From the NCBI GenBank assembly GCA_964552485.1, contig CAZKHH010000004.1:1-42195 (forward strand): DNA of 42,195 nucleotides, read 5' to 3'. Every line of letters starts with the position of its first letter. The first letter of the stretch is position 1. This stretch comes from an uncultured Dehalococcoidales bacterium. Its GTDB lineage: Bacteria > Chloroflexota > Dehalococcoidia > GIF9 > AB-539-J10. The notes under the pieces are model-generated. The model ran no database searches. It was not told the DNA's origin and worked only from the letters and a program-made list of their open reading frames with translations. A program made the position numbers and the translations under genes. Shown here piece by piece: positions 26,671 through 39,354 of this stretch.

Positions 26671-27459
26671 ATGGCGCTGACAAAGGACCAGGTTGAACAG
26701 ATTTCCAACGAACTCGTGGAAGCCGAGCGGACGTGTACCCCGATCGAGGCCCTGACCGACAGGTTTCCGGATGTAACATACGAGGACGCGTATGCCGTTC
26801 AGCTTAAGACATTCGACACAAGGGTCCGGAACGGCGCTGTCATCGTAGGTAAGAAGATAGGCCTCACGAGCAGGGCAATGCAGGACCAGTTCAACATAAG
26901 GGAACCCGACTACGGCATGATTACGGATACGATGATGGCGCGCGAAGGCGCTCCAGTGCCCATGAGCAGCCTCATCCTCCCCCGTATCGAACCCGAGATA
27001 GCGTTCCTTCTGAAGGAGGACCTCAAGGGGCCCGGCATAAACGCTGCGAATGTGATTGAAGCGACCGAGGGGGTGCTTCCCGCGTTCGAAGTTATCGACA
27101 GCAGGTACAAGGACTGGAAGATTACCGTCAAGGATTCGATATCGGACAATGCCTCCGCCGCACTGATGATACTCGGAGGTGTGTTGGCACCCGTAAAGGA
27201 TCTCGACCTCCGGTATATCGGCTTGGTTCTCGAGAAGAATGGCGAAGTCGTCAGTACAGGCGCCGGTGCTGCGGTGCTTGGCAATCCAGCGGAATCGGTC
27301 GCGTGGCTTGCCAACAAACTCACGGAGTTCGGTATCACATTGAAGAAGGGCGAGTTTGTCATGTCAGGGAGTCTCGTCTCGGCGGTGAAAGTGGAAGCAG
27401 GCTCAAGCCTGAGGGCAACATTCGACCGAATAGGTGCCGTTTCGGTACTCTTTGCATGA
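26671..27459 (+). CDS. Fumarylacetoacetate-hydrolase superfamily protein, MhpD-like 2-keto-4-pentenoate hydratase / 4-oxalocrotonate decarboxylase
   Basis: EDAYAVQ, GKKIGLTS, EPDYG, PRIEPEIAF, EVIDSR, DNAS and GAAVLGNP..WLAN. Confidence 0.9.
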   Translation: MALTKDQVEQISNELVEAERTCTPIEALTDRFPDVTYEDAYAVQLKTFDTRVRNGAVIVGKKIGLTSRAMQDQFNIREPDYGMITDTMMAREGAPVPMSSLILPRIEPEIAFLLKEDLKGPGINAANVIEATEGVLPAFEVIDSRYKDWKITVKDSISDNASAALMILGGVLAPVKDLDLRYIGLVLEKNGEVVSTGAGAAVLGNPAESVAWLANKLTEFGITLKKGEFVMSGSLVSAVKVEAGSSLRATFDRIGAVSVLFA

Positions 27460-27523
27460 CTGCGATGCGCCATCTCGCGGCACACGATGGATAGATGATT
27501 CTAGGTATGATTAGGGGGTCAAG

Positions 27524-29437
27524 ATGCCAAATCTGGCTCAATTGAAGCCGGGCTCGTACAATCTGCTCCAGGGCAACGAAGCGATTGCACGCGGAGCACT
27601 CGAGGCCGGTGTACAGTACTGCGCAGCCTATCCGGGCACACCTTCGACAGAGATTCTAACGAGTTTCGCAAGCGTCGCCAAGGATGCAGGGCTGCACGCG
27701 GAGTGGTCCAGCAACGAGAAGGTTGCCACGGAAGCCGCTCTGGCGGCTGCGTACACGGGCCTGCGATCGATGTCGTCGATGAAGAACGCGGGCCTTAACG
27801 TCGCCATGGACACGCTACAGCATATAAACCTGGCCACCCTGGGAGATCAAGGAGGCTCGATGGTTGTTGTCGTGGCCGACGACCCTCAGTCGCATGCAAG
27901 CGGTGACGAGGAAGACACCCGGTGGGTCGCGCAAATGGCCAACGCACCTCTGCTGGAACCTTCGAGCTTCCAGGAGGCGTACGAGATGACCAGGTATCTG
28001 TACGACCTTTCCGAGGAATTCCGCATCTTCTGCTGGCTCCGCGATTACACTCGTCTCGCACATGCGCGAGGACGGGTCCAGGTCAGCGAGTACAAGAAGG
28101 CTGACAAGACAGCTTACTACGACACAACCAAGTGTTTCACTCCGTATATCGCGCCGCCCAAGCACGCTGCCCTCGTCGAGAAGATGGCGCGTATCAAGGA
28201 CCGATTCGAGGAATCACCATTCAACGCATACGAAGGGCCCGCAAACCCGGAGCTACTGATAATCGCCTGTGGAAGTGGTGTGCCTTGTTCCCGCGACGCA
28301 ATCGAAGAATTGCAGCTCGCCGCAAGAGTTGGCATTCTCAAGCTCGGCACGCTCTGGCCATTCCCATCCAACCTGGTGCTCTCCCACGTCGGCAAGGCAA
28401 AGCGGGTGCTCGTCGTTGAGGAGGTCGATCCCTATGTCGAGACGCACGCGAAGGAAGCGGTCGCGGATGCGAAGCTTGCTGAGTGTCCAGAGATTCTCGG
28501 CAAGGCGTCGGGCCACATAAGCTACGTGGGCGAGAACAATCCCGACAGGGTCATTGCAGCTCTGAGCAGGCTCTTCGACATCGAGTACCAGTCCCGTGAT
28601 TCCGAATATCAGGCGAAGCTCGATTCGACCGTAGGCAAGATGGTGGCGAGCCGCGGCCTCATCTGGTGTCCCGGTTGCCCGCATCGAGCCAGCTTCTTCG
28701 CCATCGACAACGCGATAAAGCGGGATGGACGGCACGCCATCGTCAGCAGCGACATCGGCTGCTACACTCTCGACGCGTTCCCCGAAGGAACCGAGATCAG
28801 CAATGTCCTGCACTGCATGGGTGGCGGCGCCGGAGAAGCCTGTGGCTTCGGCCAACTGGAACAGTTCGGTCTGAATCAACCCGTGATCGGTATCTGCGGC
28901 GATTCAACCTTCTTCCATGGCTCCATTCCAGCACTCATTAACGCCGTCTATAACAAGTCGGACATGACCATGATCGTTCTCGACAACTCTATCACCGCCA
29001 TGACCGGCTTCCAGCCTCACGCCGCGAGCGGCCGCACGGCCACACGCGAAGCAACAGACGCAATCGACATTGAGGCCCTCTGCAAGACGCTCGGCTGCCG
29101 GGTGGAAATCGAGGACCCCTTCGACACAAAGGCGACCTCCGCAAAAGTTCAGGAGTTGCTCAAAGATAAGGGGGGTGTAAAGGTCCTCATCCTCAGGCAC
29201 AAGTGCGAGCTCCTACGCATGCGCGAGGAACGCAAACACCCGTACAAGGTATGGGTGGACGCGGAGAAATGCCGGGGCGACAAGTGCGGATTCTGCTATC
29301 GCATCCTCAGGTGCCCCGGAATCCGGTATGACAAGGAGACAGGAAAGGCCCGCATCGAGGAAGCACTCTGTGCAGAGTGTGGCCTGTGCGCAGACCTGTG
29401 TCCGAGCAAGGCGATCATGAAGGAGGAACGCGCGTGA
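27524..29437 (+). CDS. iorA: Indolepyruvate/2-oxoacid:ferredoxin oxidoreductase alpha subunit
   Basis: LLQGNEAIARGALEAG, AYPGTPSTEI, NEKVA, CPGCPHR, DIGCY, TPP-binding GDSTFFH...LDN..TAMTGFQ and a C-terminal ferredoxin motif (CAECGLCADLCP). Confidence 0.92.
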   Translation: MPNLAQLKPGSYNLLQGNEAIARGALEAGVQYCAAYPGTPSTEILTSFASVAKDAGLHAEWSSNEKVATEAALAAAYTGLRSMSSMKNAGLNVAMDTLQHINLATLGDQGGSMVVVVADDPQSHASGDEEDTRWVAQMANAPLLEPSSFQEAYEMTRYLYDLSEEFRIFCWLRDYTRLAHARGRVQVSEYKKADKTAYYDTTKCFTPYIAPPKHAALVEKMARIKDRFEESPFNAYEGPANPELLIIACGSGVPCSRDAIEELQLAARVGILKLGTLWPFPSNLVLSHVGKAKRVLVVEEVDPYVETHAKEAVADAKLAECPEILGKASGHISYVGENNPDRVIAALSRLFDIEYQSRDSEYQAKLDSTVGKMVASRGLIWCPGCPHRASFFAIDNAIKRDGRHAIVSSDIGCYTLDAFPEGTEISNVLHCMGGGAGEACGFGQLEQFGLNQPVIGICGDSTFFHGSIPALINAVYNKSDMTMIVLDNSITAMTGFQPHAASGRTATREATDAIDIEALCKTLGCRVEIEDPFDTKATSAKVQELLKDKGGVKVLILRHKCELLRMREERKHPYKVWVDAEKCRGDKCGFCYRILRCPGIRYDKETGKARIEEALCAECGLCADLCPSKAIMKEERA

Positions 29438-30045
29438 TGGCTATTTCTGCCGACCCATTGAACATGGTTATCTGCGGCGTTGGTGGGCAGGGGAATATCC
29501 TTCTGTCCGGCATGCTCGGCAGCGCCTACATCAGAAAAGGGTACTACGCAACCATTGGGGAGACGTTCGGGGCGGCACAGCGCGGTGGTGCTGTGTTCAG
29601 CGCAGTCCGGATCTCGGAAAAGCGGGAATACGGCCCTCTCATCCCCGAGGGTAAAGCCCACATAATCGTTGGTTTGGAGCCACTGGAGACCCTGCGCCTG
29701 GCCCACAAGTACGCCAATCGGGATACGCTGTGTATCAGCAACACATACCCGGTCACGCCGGCGGGTGTCGCAGCGAACCGGGAAACATACCCGGACCTGG
29801 ATGAGGCGAAGAAGGCCCTCACCGGTGTATGCGCGAAGACCTGGTTCCTCGACGCAACACGCATCGCTCTCGACCTCGGTGCACCAATCGCCATGAACAT
29901 CGTGATGGTCGGCGCACTTCTTGGCACGGGGCTGCTTTCCCTCTCGGACGAGGATATCAAGACGGAACTGCGCGAGAGCCTCCCTCCGGACCGGCTCGAG
30001 CTCAATTTCGAAGCGCTGGCTCGCGGAATGAAGGCCGCGGCCTAG
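29437..30045 (+). CDS. iorB: Indolepyruvate/2-oxoacid:ferredoxin oxidoreductase beta subunit
   Basis: GVGGQG, ETFGAAQRGGAV, EPLETLR and NIVMVGAL. The start overlaps the iorA stop (GTGATG); AAGGAGG SD. Confidence 0.92.
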   Translation: MAISADPLNMVICGVGGQGNILLSGMLGSAYIRKGYYATIGETFGAAQRGGAVFSAVRISEKREYGPLIPEGKAHIIVGLEPLETLRLAHKYANRDTLCISNTYPVTPAGVAANRETYPDLDEAKKALTGVCAKTWFLDATRIALDLGAPIAMNIVMVGALLGTGLLSLSDEDIKTELRESLPPDRLELNFEALARGMKAAA

Positions 30046-30083
30046 AGTCGTACTGCAAAAAGCGCGGTTACAAGAGAGAACAC

Positions 30084-31337
30084 GTGTACAGAGCGCCACG
30101 AGGGACAACCGACATACTGCCGGCGGAGCAGGCATACTGGCATCACGTGCAGGAGCACGCAGCTCGCGTATGTGCGCTCTATGGTTACGAACGTATAGAT
30201 ACGCCTGTCTTTGAGGACTATGGCCTGTTTGCACGTACAGATGCGGCAGGCACGGACCTCGTTGAGAAAGAGATGTACGTATTCGAGGACCGGAGTGGCC
30301 AGCGCCTTGCACTGCGCGCGGAGAACACCGCACCCGTCTGCCGCGCGTACATTGAGCATGGCATGGCAAGTCTGCCTCAACCGGTCCGGCTCTACTATTA
30401 CGGGCCAACGTTCCGCTATGAGCGACCGCAGGCTGGACGCTACCGGCAGCACCACCAATTCGGCTGTGAGGCACTCGGCGATGCATCAGCCAGTCTCGAT
30501 GTTGAAGTAATCGAAGTAGCTATTCGCTACCTTTCTTCGCTCCGACTCGGAAGCCTTTCGGTAGTACTCAACAGCATCGGCTGCCGTGAGTGCCAGCCCC
30601 AGTACGTGCAGGTTCTCAAACGGTACTATGAGGGCGTGTCAGACCGCGTGTGCTCCGACTGTAAGGTAAGGATGGTTCGCAACCCATTGCGATTGCTGGA
30701 CTGCAAGGAGGCCTCCTGCCAGGTCATCATAGAGGAGGCCCCGCATATCTCCGATTTCCTCTGTCCCGAGTGCCTCGAGCACTTCCGGCAGGTCAGGGAG
30801 CAGCTCGAAGTGCTCGGCATTCCGTACGCACTGAATCACCGTCTCGTGCGCGGGCTGGACTATTACACACGCACGGTCTTCGAAATCCACCCCGCGCGTG
30901 AAGGTGGGCAGAGTGCCATTGCAGGTGGCGGTCGATACGACGGCCTGATTGAGGCAATCGGAGGCAAACCCACTCCGGCTGTCGGTTTCGCCATGGGCCT
31001 GGAGCGGGTCATACTGAATCTCAAAGAGCAAGGCGTTACGGTGCCACCCCGTGCCATGCCGCACACATATCTTGCTCACCGAGGTGCAGTTGCGCGCCTC
31101 GCCGCGACATCGTTGGCCCGGGAACTAAGGGACAACGGCGTGGGGGTCATCGTCTCAACCGGCGAGAAAAGCCTCAAGTCGCAACTCAGACAGGCGAATT
31201 CGTACGGAGTGACACGTGTCATCATTCTCGGGGACGATGAGGTGACTGCCGGCACGGCAGTCGTCAGGGACATGACCGCCAACACCCAGACCACTCTGCC
31301 CCGGGAAGGACTTGCGGCTTTATTGGCCGATTGCTGA
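30084..31337 (+). CDS. hisS: Histidine--tRNA ligase
   Basis: APRGTTD, TDLVEKEMY, LRAENTA, FRYERPQAGRYRQ, RGLDYY, GGGRYDGL and GFAMGLER; start reassigned to GTG at 30084. Confidence 0.97.
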   Translation: MYRAPRGTTDILPAEQAYWHHVQEHAARVCALYGYERIDTPVFEDYGLFARTDAAGTDLVEKEMYVFEDRSGQRLALRAENTAPVCRAYIEHGMASLPQPVRLYYYGPTFRYERPQAGRYRQHHQFGCEALGDASASLDVEVIEVAIRYLSSLRLGSLSVVLNSIGCRECQPQYVQVLKRYYEGVSDRVCSDCKVRMVRNPLRLLDCKEASCQVIIEEAPHISDFLCPECLEHFRQVREQLEVLGIPYALNHRLVRGLDYYTRTVFEIHPAREGGQSAIAGGGRYDGLIEAIGGKPTPAVGFAMGLERVILNLKEQGVTVPPRAMPHTYLAHRGAVARLAATSLARELRDNGVGVIVSTGEKSLKSQLRQANSYGVTRVIILGDDEVTAGTAVVRDMTANTQTTLPREGLAALLADC

Positions 31338-31384
31338 GCCTTCGCTGGTTGAGCTTCGCTCCGTAGCTGTTCCTTCGCGTTTTG

Positions 31385-31393
31385 TGGTATAAT
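31385..31393 (+). promoter_or_regulatory. Extended -10 promoter of gyrB
   Basis: TGG-TATAAT about 105 nt upstream of the gyrB ATG. Confidence 0.55.
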
Positions 31394-31444
31394 TTTACCT
31401 GTGCGGAGACACGCCATACGTCACTCAGTTGAGAATGCTTCTAG

Positions 31445-34026
<2,582 letters not shown>

Positions 34027-34212
34027 GTCTATATCTATACTCAGGTTCTGTAAGAGTAGGGATTATATCATTCGTAGGAGTAGTAGTAACCGGTTAGGTT
34101 TGCAGGAGTGAAATATCGACGGCGTAGCGGATGTGCTAACAGTTTGTGCGTAAGCTCGGAGAAGTTATCGACATGTTGCTACCGGTATCAGCCCCCGCTG
34201 TTGACGCGTTGT
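34027..34212. other. Candidate chromosomal replication origin (oriC) downstream of dnaA
   Basis: DnaA-box-like 9-mers TTATCGACA (34165-34173, +), TTACGCACA (34145-34153, -) and GTTAGCACA (34132-34140, -). A DnaA-trio-like run TAG-GAG-TAG-TAG-TAA (34075-34089) lies next to CCGG and an AT-richer stretch. Confidence 0.6.
34062..34070 (-). promoter_or_regulatory. Extended -10 (TGA-TATAAT) promoter of nadD
   Basis: Minus-strand TGATATAAT about 35 nt before the nadD ATG. Confidence 0.5.
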
Positions 34213-35550
34213 TCACACGTCCCGGGACTCGTCCAGCTTCTGCGTAATGCGTCGGACCTGTTTCTCAAGGCGCGCATTGGCCGTGAGGTCGTCGGTTATC
34301 TTCTTTATACCGTGCAGCACAGTTGCGTGGTTGCGCCCGCCGAGTTCGCGGCCGATTTCTGAAAACGATAGACCTGATTCGGTTCTCATGAGGTACATTG
34401 CGACGTGACGTGCGAGCGCTGTCTTCCTGTCGCGCTTCTTTGCCAACAGGTCCTCAATCGAGACGTCGAAGGCGTCCGAAACCGCGTGAATAATGGGCTG
34501 ACCGTCTCCCGGTGTCGATACGCTGTTCAGCAACCTGTTAACAGTCTGTGGATTGATTGGCTCACCCGTCAATCGCGCCTGTGCAGAAAGATAGACTACA
34601 GCCCCCTCGAGCTTCCGCATGTTGCCACGCACTTCCTCTGCGAGGATACGCAGGGCGTCATCCGGCGTCTCCACGGCCGACTCGGCGGACTTGCTCTTGA
34701 GAAATGAAAGTCGGGACTCGAAATCGGGTGGCTGTATGCAGGCGACCATACCGCTCTCCAGTCGACTCTGCAGCTTATCTCCCAGTGCCTGCATGTCGCG
34801 TGGGTGATGGTCTCCGGTTAGCGCAATCTGACATCCGCGCTGGTGCAGTTCGTCAAAGATGTGGTAGAAGCATTGCTGGGTCTGACGTTTCCCTGCGAGG
34901 AACTGGATATCGTCGAACAGGAACACTGTAGGGCTCTTGAAACGTGAGTTGAACTCCTCGATTCTCTTGCGCTTCACAGCGAGCACAAACTCATCCGTGA
35001 ATCGCTCTGCCGTCATATACAGGATGTCGCGCCCCGCGCTCCTGGTAGTGTGTCCTATCGCTTTAAGCAGATGTGTCTTACCCTGCCCGGTGCTTCCATA
35101 TATGTACAAAGGATTGAACGTGGTGCACGGGTTCTCGGCCAACTCGAGGGCGGCGGCAAAGGCGAGACGATTACAGTTGCCGACCACGAACGTGTCGAAC
35201 GAGCACCGGCCGTTGATGGGATCGATCGACGCCGAAGCTACAGCTGCACCCCCGTCCGCGTAGTTCGCCCGGGCCTGCACGCGTCTCTGCGGTCTCTGGA
35301 GGTCCCGTACTTCGAAGCGCACATCCAGTTCCTGCCCGACAACGTGAGTGACGGTCTTGCGGACGAGGGAGTAGAGGCGCTTGGTAAGCCACTCGGCAAC
35401 GAACGCGTTCGATGTCCCCACGATGAATACGCCGTTATCAAGGGCGACACCATGGCTGTTTCTGAGCCACGTATTAAAATTCGCTCTGGTCACCTGGGTC
35501 TGTAGTTCACCCAGTGCTTTCTGCCAGATCTCGTGCGCCGACGACTCCAA
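34213..35550 (-). CDS. dnaA: Chromosomal replication initiator protein DnaA
   Basis: FNTWL, FDTFVVGNCNRLA, FNPLYIYGSTGQGKTHL, DDIQFL, LQSRL and ARHVAMYL..SEIGRELGGRNHATV. Start reassigned to TTG at 35550 after GGAGGT. Confidence 0.96.
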   Translation of the reverse strand: MESSAHEIWQKALGELQTQVTRANFNTWLRNSHGVALDNGVFIVGTSNAFVAEWLTKRLYSLVRKTVTHVVGQELDVRFEVRDLQRPQRRVQARANYADGGAAVASASIDPINGRCSFDTFVVGNCNRLAFAAALELAENPCTTFNPLYIYGSTGQGKTHLLKAIGHTTRSAGRDILYMTAERFTDEFVLAVKRKRIEEFNSRFKSPTVFLFDDIQFLAGKRQTQQCFYHIFDELHQRGCQIALTGDHHPRDMQALGDKLQSRLESGMVACIQPPDFESRLSFLKSKSAESAVETPDDALRILAEEVRGNMRKLEGAVVYLSAQARLTGEPINPQTVNRLLNSVSTPGDGQPIIHAVSDAFDVSIEDLLAKKRDRKTALARHVAMYLMRTESGLSFSEIGRELGGRNHATVLHGIKKITDDLTANARLEKQVRRITQKLDESRDV

Positions 35551-35744
35551 CAATACCTCCAACACCAAATAGATGCATGCGAGCGAGACCAAACGGGAAA
35601 AGGGAGCGTTAGACCTGTGGGACGGTGGTGCAACCTGTTGACCCTGAGGTGGTCGAGAGCATGGACTTAATCTAACAAAGGGTCCAGGCCTTCTCTAGGG
35701 AAGCTTTGACATAAACAGGATAAATCCCCGAAAATGAGCGCCGC

Positions 35745-36689
35745 GTGAGCGTACGAATAGCATTCATGGGTACACCGGACTTTGGTGTTCCCGTACTCAC
35801 GGCATTACACAACCGTCATAACGTAGTCGGCGTATTCACCAGGCCGGACAGTCCGGCCGGTCGGGGGCGACGTCGAGCCTGTTCTCCCGTCAAGGATACT
35901 GCAAGTGCGCTCGGGATTCCCGTATATGAGCCGGACTCGATGCGAGGAGAGGAAAGCGTGAACGCGCTCTCTGCGCTTGCGCCCGAGGTAGTTGTCGTTG
36001 CGGCGTTCTCTTACCTGCTCCCTTCGAGCATACTTGAGATTCCGTCTTACGGCTGCCTGAATGTACACCCGTCACTGTTGCCGCGACACCGGGGACCTTC
36101 GCCAGTTGCAAGCGCAATTCTGTCCGGAGACTCGCGAACCGGTGTGTCGATAATGGTTATGGACGAAGGCCTCGATACCGGGCCCCTGTTGAGTCAGCAG
36201 AGCATACTTCTTGAAGACTTCTACACAAGCGGGAGGCTTACGGCCGTTCTTTCGAATATGGGCGCTCATTTGTTGCTCGCTACGCTCGATGACTGGCTTG
36301 CCGGCAGGATTGAACCAGAGCCACAGGATGAATCGGCTGCAACATATACCGGGCGCATCGCGGTCCAGGACGGGTGGGTTGACTGGTCGCGTCCCGCGGG
36401 AGAACTGTGGCGGCGGGTCAGGGCTTTCAGCCCCTGGCCGGGCAGCTATACGAGCTGGCACGGGAAACGTCTCAAGATTCACTCTGCTCTACCATTGGAG
36501 TTGCGCGCTTCGGGCGAACCCGGTACGGTAGTGCTTACTCCGCCAGGCACCGAGGTCCCTGTTGGCGTGCTTACGGGAGAAGGCGTCCTGGGTATCGACA
36601 TTCTGCAGCTTGAAGGTAAACGGGAGATGTCCGCCCGGGAATTCCTTATAGGGCAACGCAACTTTGTCGGTGCAGTGCTGCCTGGCTGA
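35745..36689 (+). CDS. fmt: Methionyl-tRNA formyltransferase
   Basis: FMGTPDF, TRPDSPAGRG, NVHPSLLPRHRGPSP, MDEGLDTG and RAFSPWPG. TTGACA at 35706 upstream. Confidence 0.96.
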   Translation: MSVRIAFMGTPDFGVPVLTALHNRHNVVGVFTRPDSPAGRGRRRACSPVKDTASALGIPVYEPDSMRGEESVNALSALAPEVVVVAAFSYLLPSSILEIPSYGCLNVHPSLLPRHRGPSPVASAILSGDSRTGVSIMVMDEGLDTGPLLSQQSILLEDFYTSGRLTAVLSNMGAHLLLATLDDWLAGRIEPEPQDESAATYTGRIAVQDGWVDWSRPAGELWRRVRAFSPWPGSYTSWHGKRLKIHSALPLELRASGEPGTVVLTPPGTEVPVGVLTGEGVLGIDILQLEGKREMSAREFLIGQRNFVGAVLPG

Positions 36690-36724
36690 ATGCGGCCGCG
36701 TGACAATACGCGGGGAGGACTGAC

Positions 36725-38644
36725 ATGACTGGACTGATGCTCACACCCTTCGAACTGAGTACACTTGCCCTCAAGAACAGACTCGTGTTCGCGCCGATTA
36801 CGACTCGGTACGCTGAGTCGCGGGGATACGTGACTGAGCGCCTGAAGGCGCACTACGAAGTTCGGGCTCAAGGAGGGGTCGGGCTTATCATCGTCGAAGC
36901 AACGTATGTGGAACCGGCGGGTCAGGCATTTGCGGATCAGTTGAGCATCTGCGATGACTCGTACGTCGACGGTCTCCGCGAACTGGTAAGTGTGATTAAG
37001 CAGCACGATTGCGTGGCTGCGATACAGCTTCATCATGGCGGGCGAATGGCCAAGTCGGAATTCACAGGGATGCAACCGGTAGCGCCCTCCGCCATAGCGG
37101 CACCGGGGTATGAATTGCCCCGCGAAATGACCGTGGATGAGATCGGCCAGACCGTCCAGGCATTCGGGAGAGCGGCCGCGCGTGCGAAGGCGGCGGGATT
37201 CGATGCCGTTGAAATACACGGGGCCCACAGCTATCTTGTCGATCAGTTCATATCGGGCGTTTCCAACAGGCGCACGGATGAGTACGGGACGGACATAGCT
37301 AATCGCTCCCGTTTCATGGTGGAGGTTATCGAGGCGGCGATAACTGCCACGGGCTCCGGGTTTCCGGTGTGGGTGCGCATCAACGGGCGTGAGTATGGAG
37401 TCGAGGGAGGAACAACCCTCGACGAAGCGATCGGCGTCTCGAAGTATGCCGAGAAGGCCGGAGCGATCGCTGTTCATGTCTCAGCCTATGGCCCTGCAAC
37501 TCCGACGAATCTGACAACAGCCAGGTTTCAGTCGGCAGTGATAGGTCCCCTCGCCGCCGCAATCAAGCACGAGGTGAACGTGCCGGTCATAGCGGTCGGG
37601 CGCATCACGCTCCAGGCCGGAGAGGGTCTGCTTGAGCAAAGGAACGCCGACCTTCTTGCTCTCGGCAAGGCCCTACTTGCGGACCCCGAGATACCGAATA
37701 AGCTCGCCCAGGAGCGGGCAGAGGACATCGTTCCATGCATCGTATGTATGTACTGTCGCGACGCTTTGAGGCGACCGGACATGTCCGGAATACGGTGTCA
37801 GGTGAATCCTCGCCTGGGTATCGATCACGAGCCATTTCCACAGCCCCCGGCCAGGAAGAAGCGCGTTTTGGTTATTGGCGGTGGACCTGGCGGCATGTCG
37901 GCGGCACTCGCTGCTTCCGGGCGAGGACACATCGTGACCCTGTGGGAGCGTACCGGACAGCTCGGCGGGCAGCTACTGCCCGCTGCGATTCCGCCTCACA
38001 AAGACCGCATTGCAGCGTTTACGAGGCACCTCGTGCGCGGAGTGGAAGAGGCGAATGTCTCGGTCGAATTGGGCAAGGAAGCGACCGCCGAATCGGTCCG
38101 TGCGGTCATGCCTGACGTGGCCATCATTGCTACCGGGCCGAAGGACGTCATTCCTGCTATCCCGGGACTGGAAGAGGCGGCGCCGGCCCTCGCGGCCGAC
38201 GTACTGACCGGATTGGCAAAGACAGGACAACGAGTGGCTATCATAGGTGGTGAACTCGTGGGCTGTGAGACTGCCGAATATCTCGCGGAACGGGGAAAGA
38301 CAGTGACTGTTCTGAGACGAGGGCCCGAGATGGCGACCTCTGTGAGTCCGTCGCTGAAGGCGTTCTTTCTTGAGAGACTTGCAAGAAAGGGGATTCGGCT
38401 CATGCCCGGGGTCATGTACAGGGAGGCGCGGCCGGGCTACCTCGTGGTTGATACGGCGGAGGGCACAACGATTGCTGTAGAAACGGACACTATCGTACTG
38501 GCGGCGGGCTCGATCCGCGATAACGCGCTTGCCGATGCTCTGCATGGCAGTGTCCCGGAAGTGCGCCTCGTAGGCGATTGTGCCGAGCCGCGTGGAATAA
38601 TCGACGCTGTGTCGGAAGGCCAGGCCGCCGGCCTGTCGGCCTGA
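36725..38644 (+). CDS. NADH:flavin oxidoreductase (OYE TIM barrel + 4Fe-4S + FAD/NAD domain; FadH/BaiCD-like)
   Basis: LKNRLVFAP, IQLHHGGR, GFDAVEIHGAHSYL, NRRTDEYG, CIVCMYC...C.VNP, VIGGGPGG and IGGELVGCE. Confidence 0.92.
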   Translation: MTGLMLTPFELSTLALKNRLVFAPITTRYAESRGYVTERLKAHYEVRAQGGVGLIIVEATYVEPAGQAFADQLSICDDSYVDGLRELVSVIKQHDCVAAIQLHHGGRMAKSEFTGMQPVAPSAIAAPGYELPREMTVDEIGQTVQAFGRAAARAKAAGFDAVEIHGAHSYLVDQFISGVSNRRTDEYGTDIANRSRFMVEVIEAAITATGSGFPVWVRINGREYGVEGGTTLDEAIGVSKYAEKAGAIAVHVSAYGPATPTNLTTARFQSAVIGPLAAAIKHEVNVPVIAVGRITLQAGEGLLEQRNADLLALGKALLADPEIPNKLAQERAEDIVPCIVCMYCRDALRRPDMSGIRCQVNPRLGIDHEPFPQPPARKKRVLVIGGGPGGMSAALAASGRGHIVTLWERTGQLGGQLLPAAIPPHKDRIAAFTRHLVRGVEEANVSVELGKEATAESVRAVMPDVAIIATGPKDVIPAIPGLEEAAPALAADVLTGLAKTGQRVAIIGGELVGCETAEYLAERGKTVTVLRRGPEMATSVSPSLKAFFLERLARKGIRLMPGVMYREARPGYLVVDTAEGTTIAVETDTIVLAAGSIRDNALADALHGSVPEVRLVGDCAEPRGIIDAVSEGQAAGLSA

Positions 38645-38652
38645 GCCGTGCT

Positions 38653-39216
38653 CTATAGGCCGATACGGTCTCTCACTTCCCGCATGCCCATGATCGTGTC
38701 GGTCACGAGTTCACGGATGTCCACACCAAGGCGCTCGGCGCCCTTTTCTATGATGGAGCGGTCAACGCCGGCCGCGAACGACTTGTCCTTCCATTTCTTA
38801 ATGACCGACTTCGCTTCCATGTCGGCGACGCTCTTGGACGGTCTGACAAGCGCCGCGGCGGCGACTAGGCCGGTCAACTCGTCGACCGCGTAGAGCGTCC
38901 TGGCGATCTCGGTCGTGGGTTCCTCGTCCGTGCAGATACCCCACCCGTGCGAGACTGCGGTATGGATGTACTCTTCCGGCCATCCTCGCTCTTCCAGGAT
39001 AGTCCGGGTCTTCTTGCAGTGCTCGGCAGGAAAGCGTTCGTAGTCCAGATCGTGTATGAGTCCGATGATGCCCCATTTCTCCTCGTCCTCGCCTCGTTTG
39101 CGGGCGATATAGCGCATCACTCCCTCAACTGCAAAAGCGTGTTTCTGCAGGCTGTCAGTCTTGTTGTATTCCTTGAGAATAGCGAGTGCTTCGTCGTAAG
39201 TCGGGGTGTGGTCCAT
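38653..39216 (-). CDS. HD/HDIG-domain metal-dependent phosphohydrolase
   Basis: KHAFAVE, GLIHDLDYE, SH, AVDELTG and KSFAAGVDR; the ATG at 39216 follows AGGAGG (187 aa). Confidence 0.88.
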   Translation of the reverse strand: MDHTPTYDEALAILKEYNKTDSLQKHAFAVEGVMRYIARKRGEDEEKWGIIGLIHDLDYERFPAEHCKKTRTILEERGWPEEYIHTAVSHGWGICTDEEPTTEIARTLYAVDELTGLVAAAALVRPSKSVADMEAKSVIKKWKDKSFAAGVDRSIIEKGAERLGVDIRELVTDTIMGMREVRDRIGL

Positions 39217-39354
39217 GCCCTGCGCCTCCTTGGTGCATGAATGGTATGTCGAAAGGACACTATAGAACGAACCAGAACGAATCCGCAACCGGAGGTCCCG
39301 AGACGAGAGTTGCCGGAAGGCGGGTGACGCTATAGTGGTAGAATTGCGGGCTGT

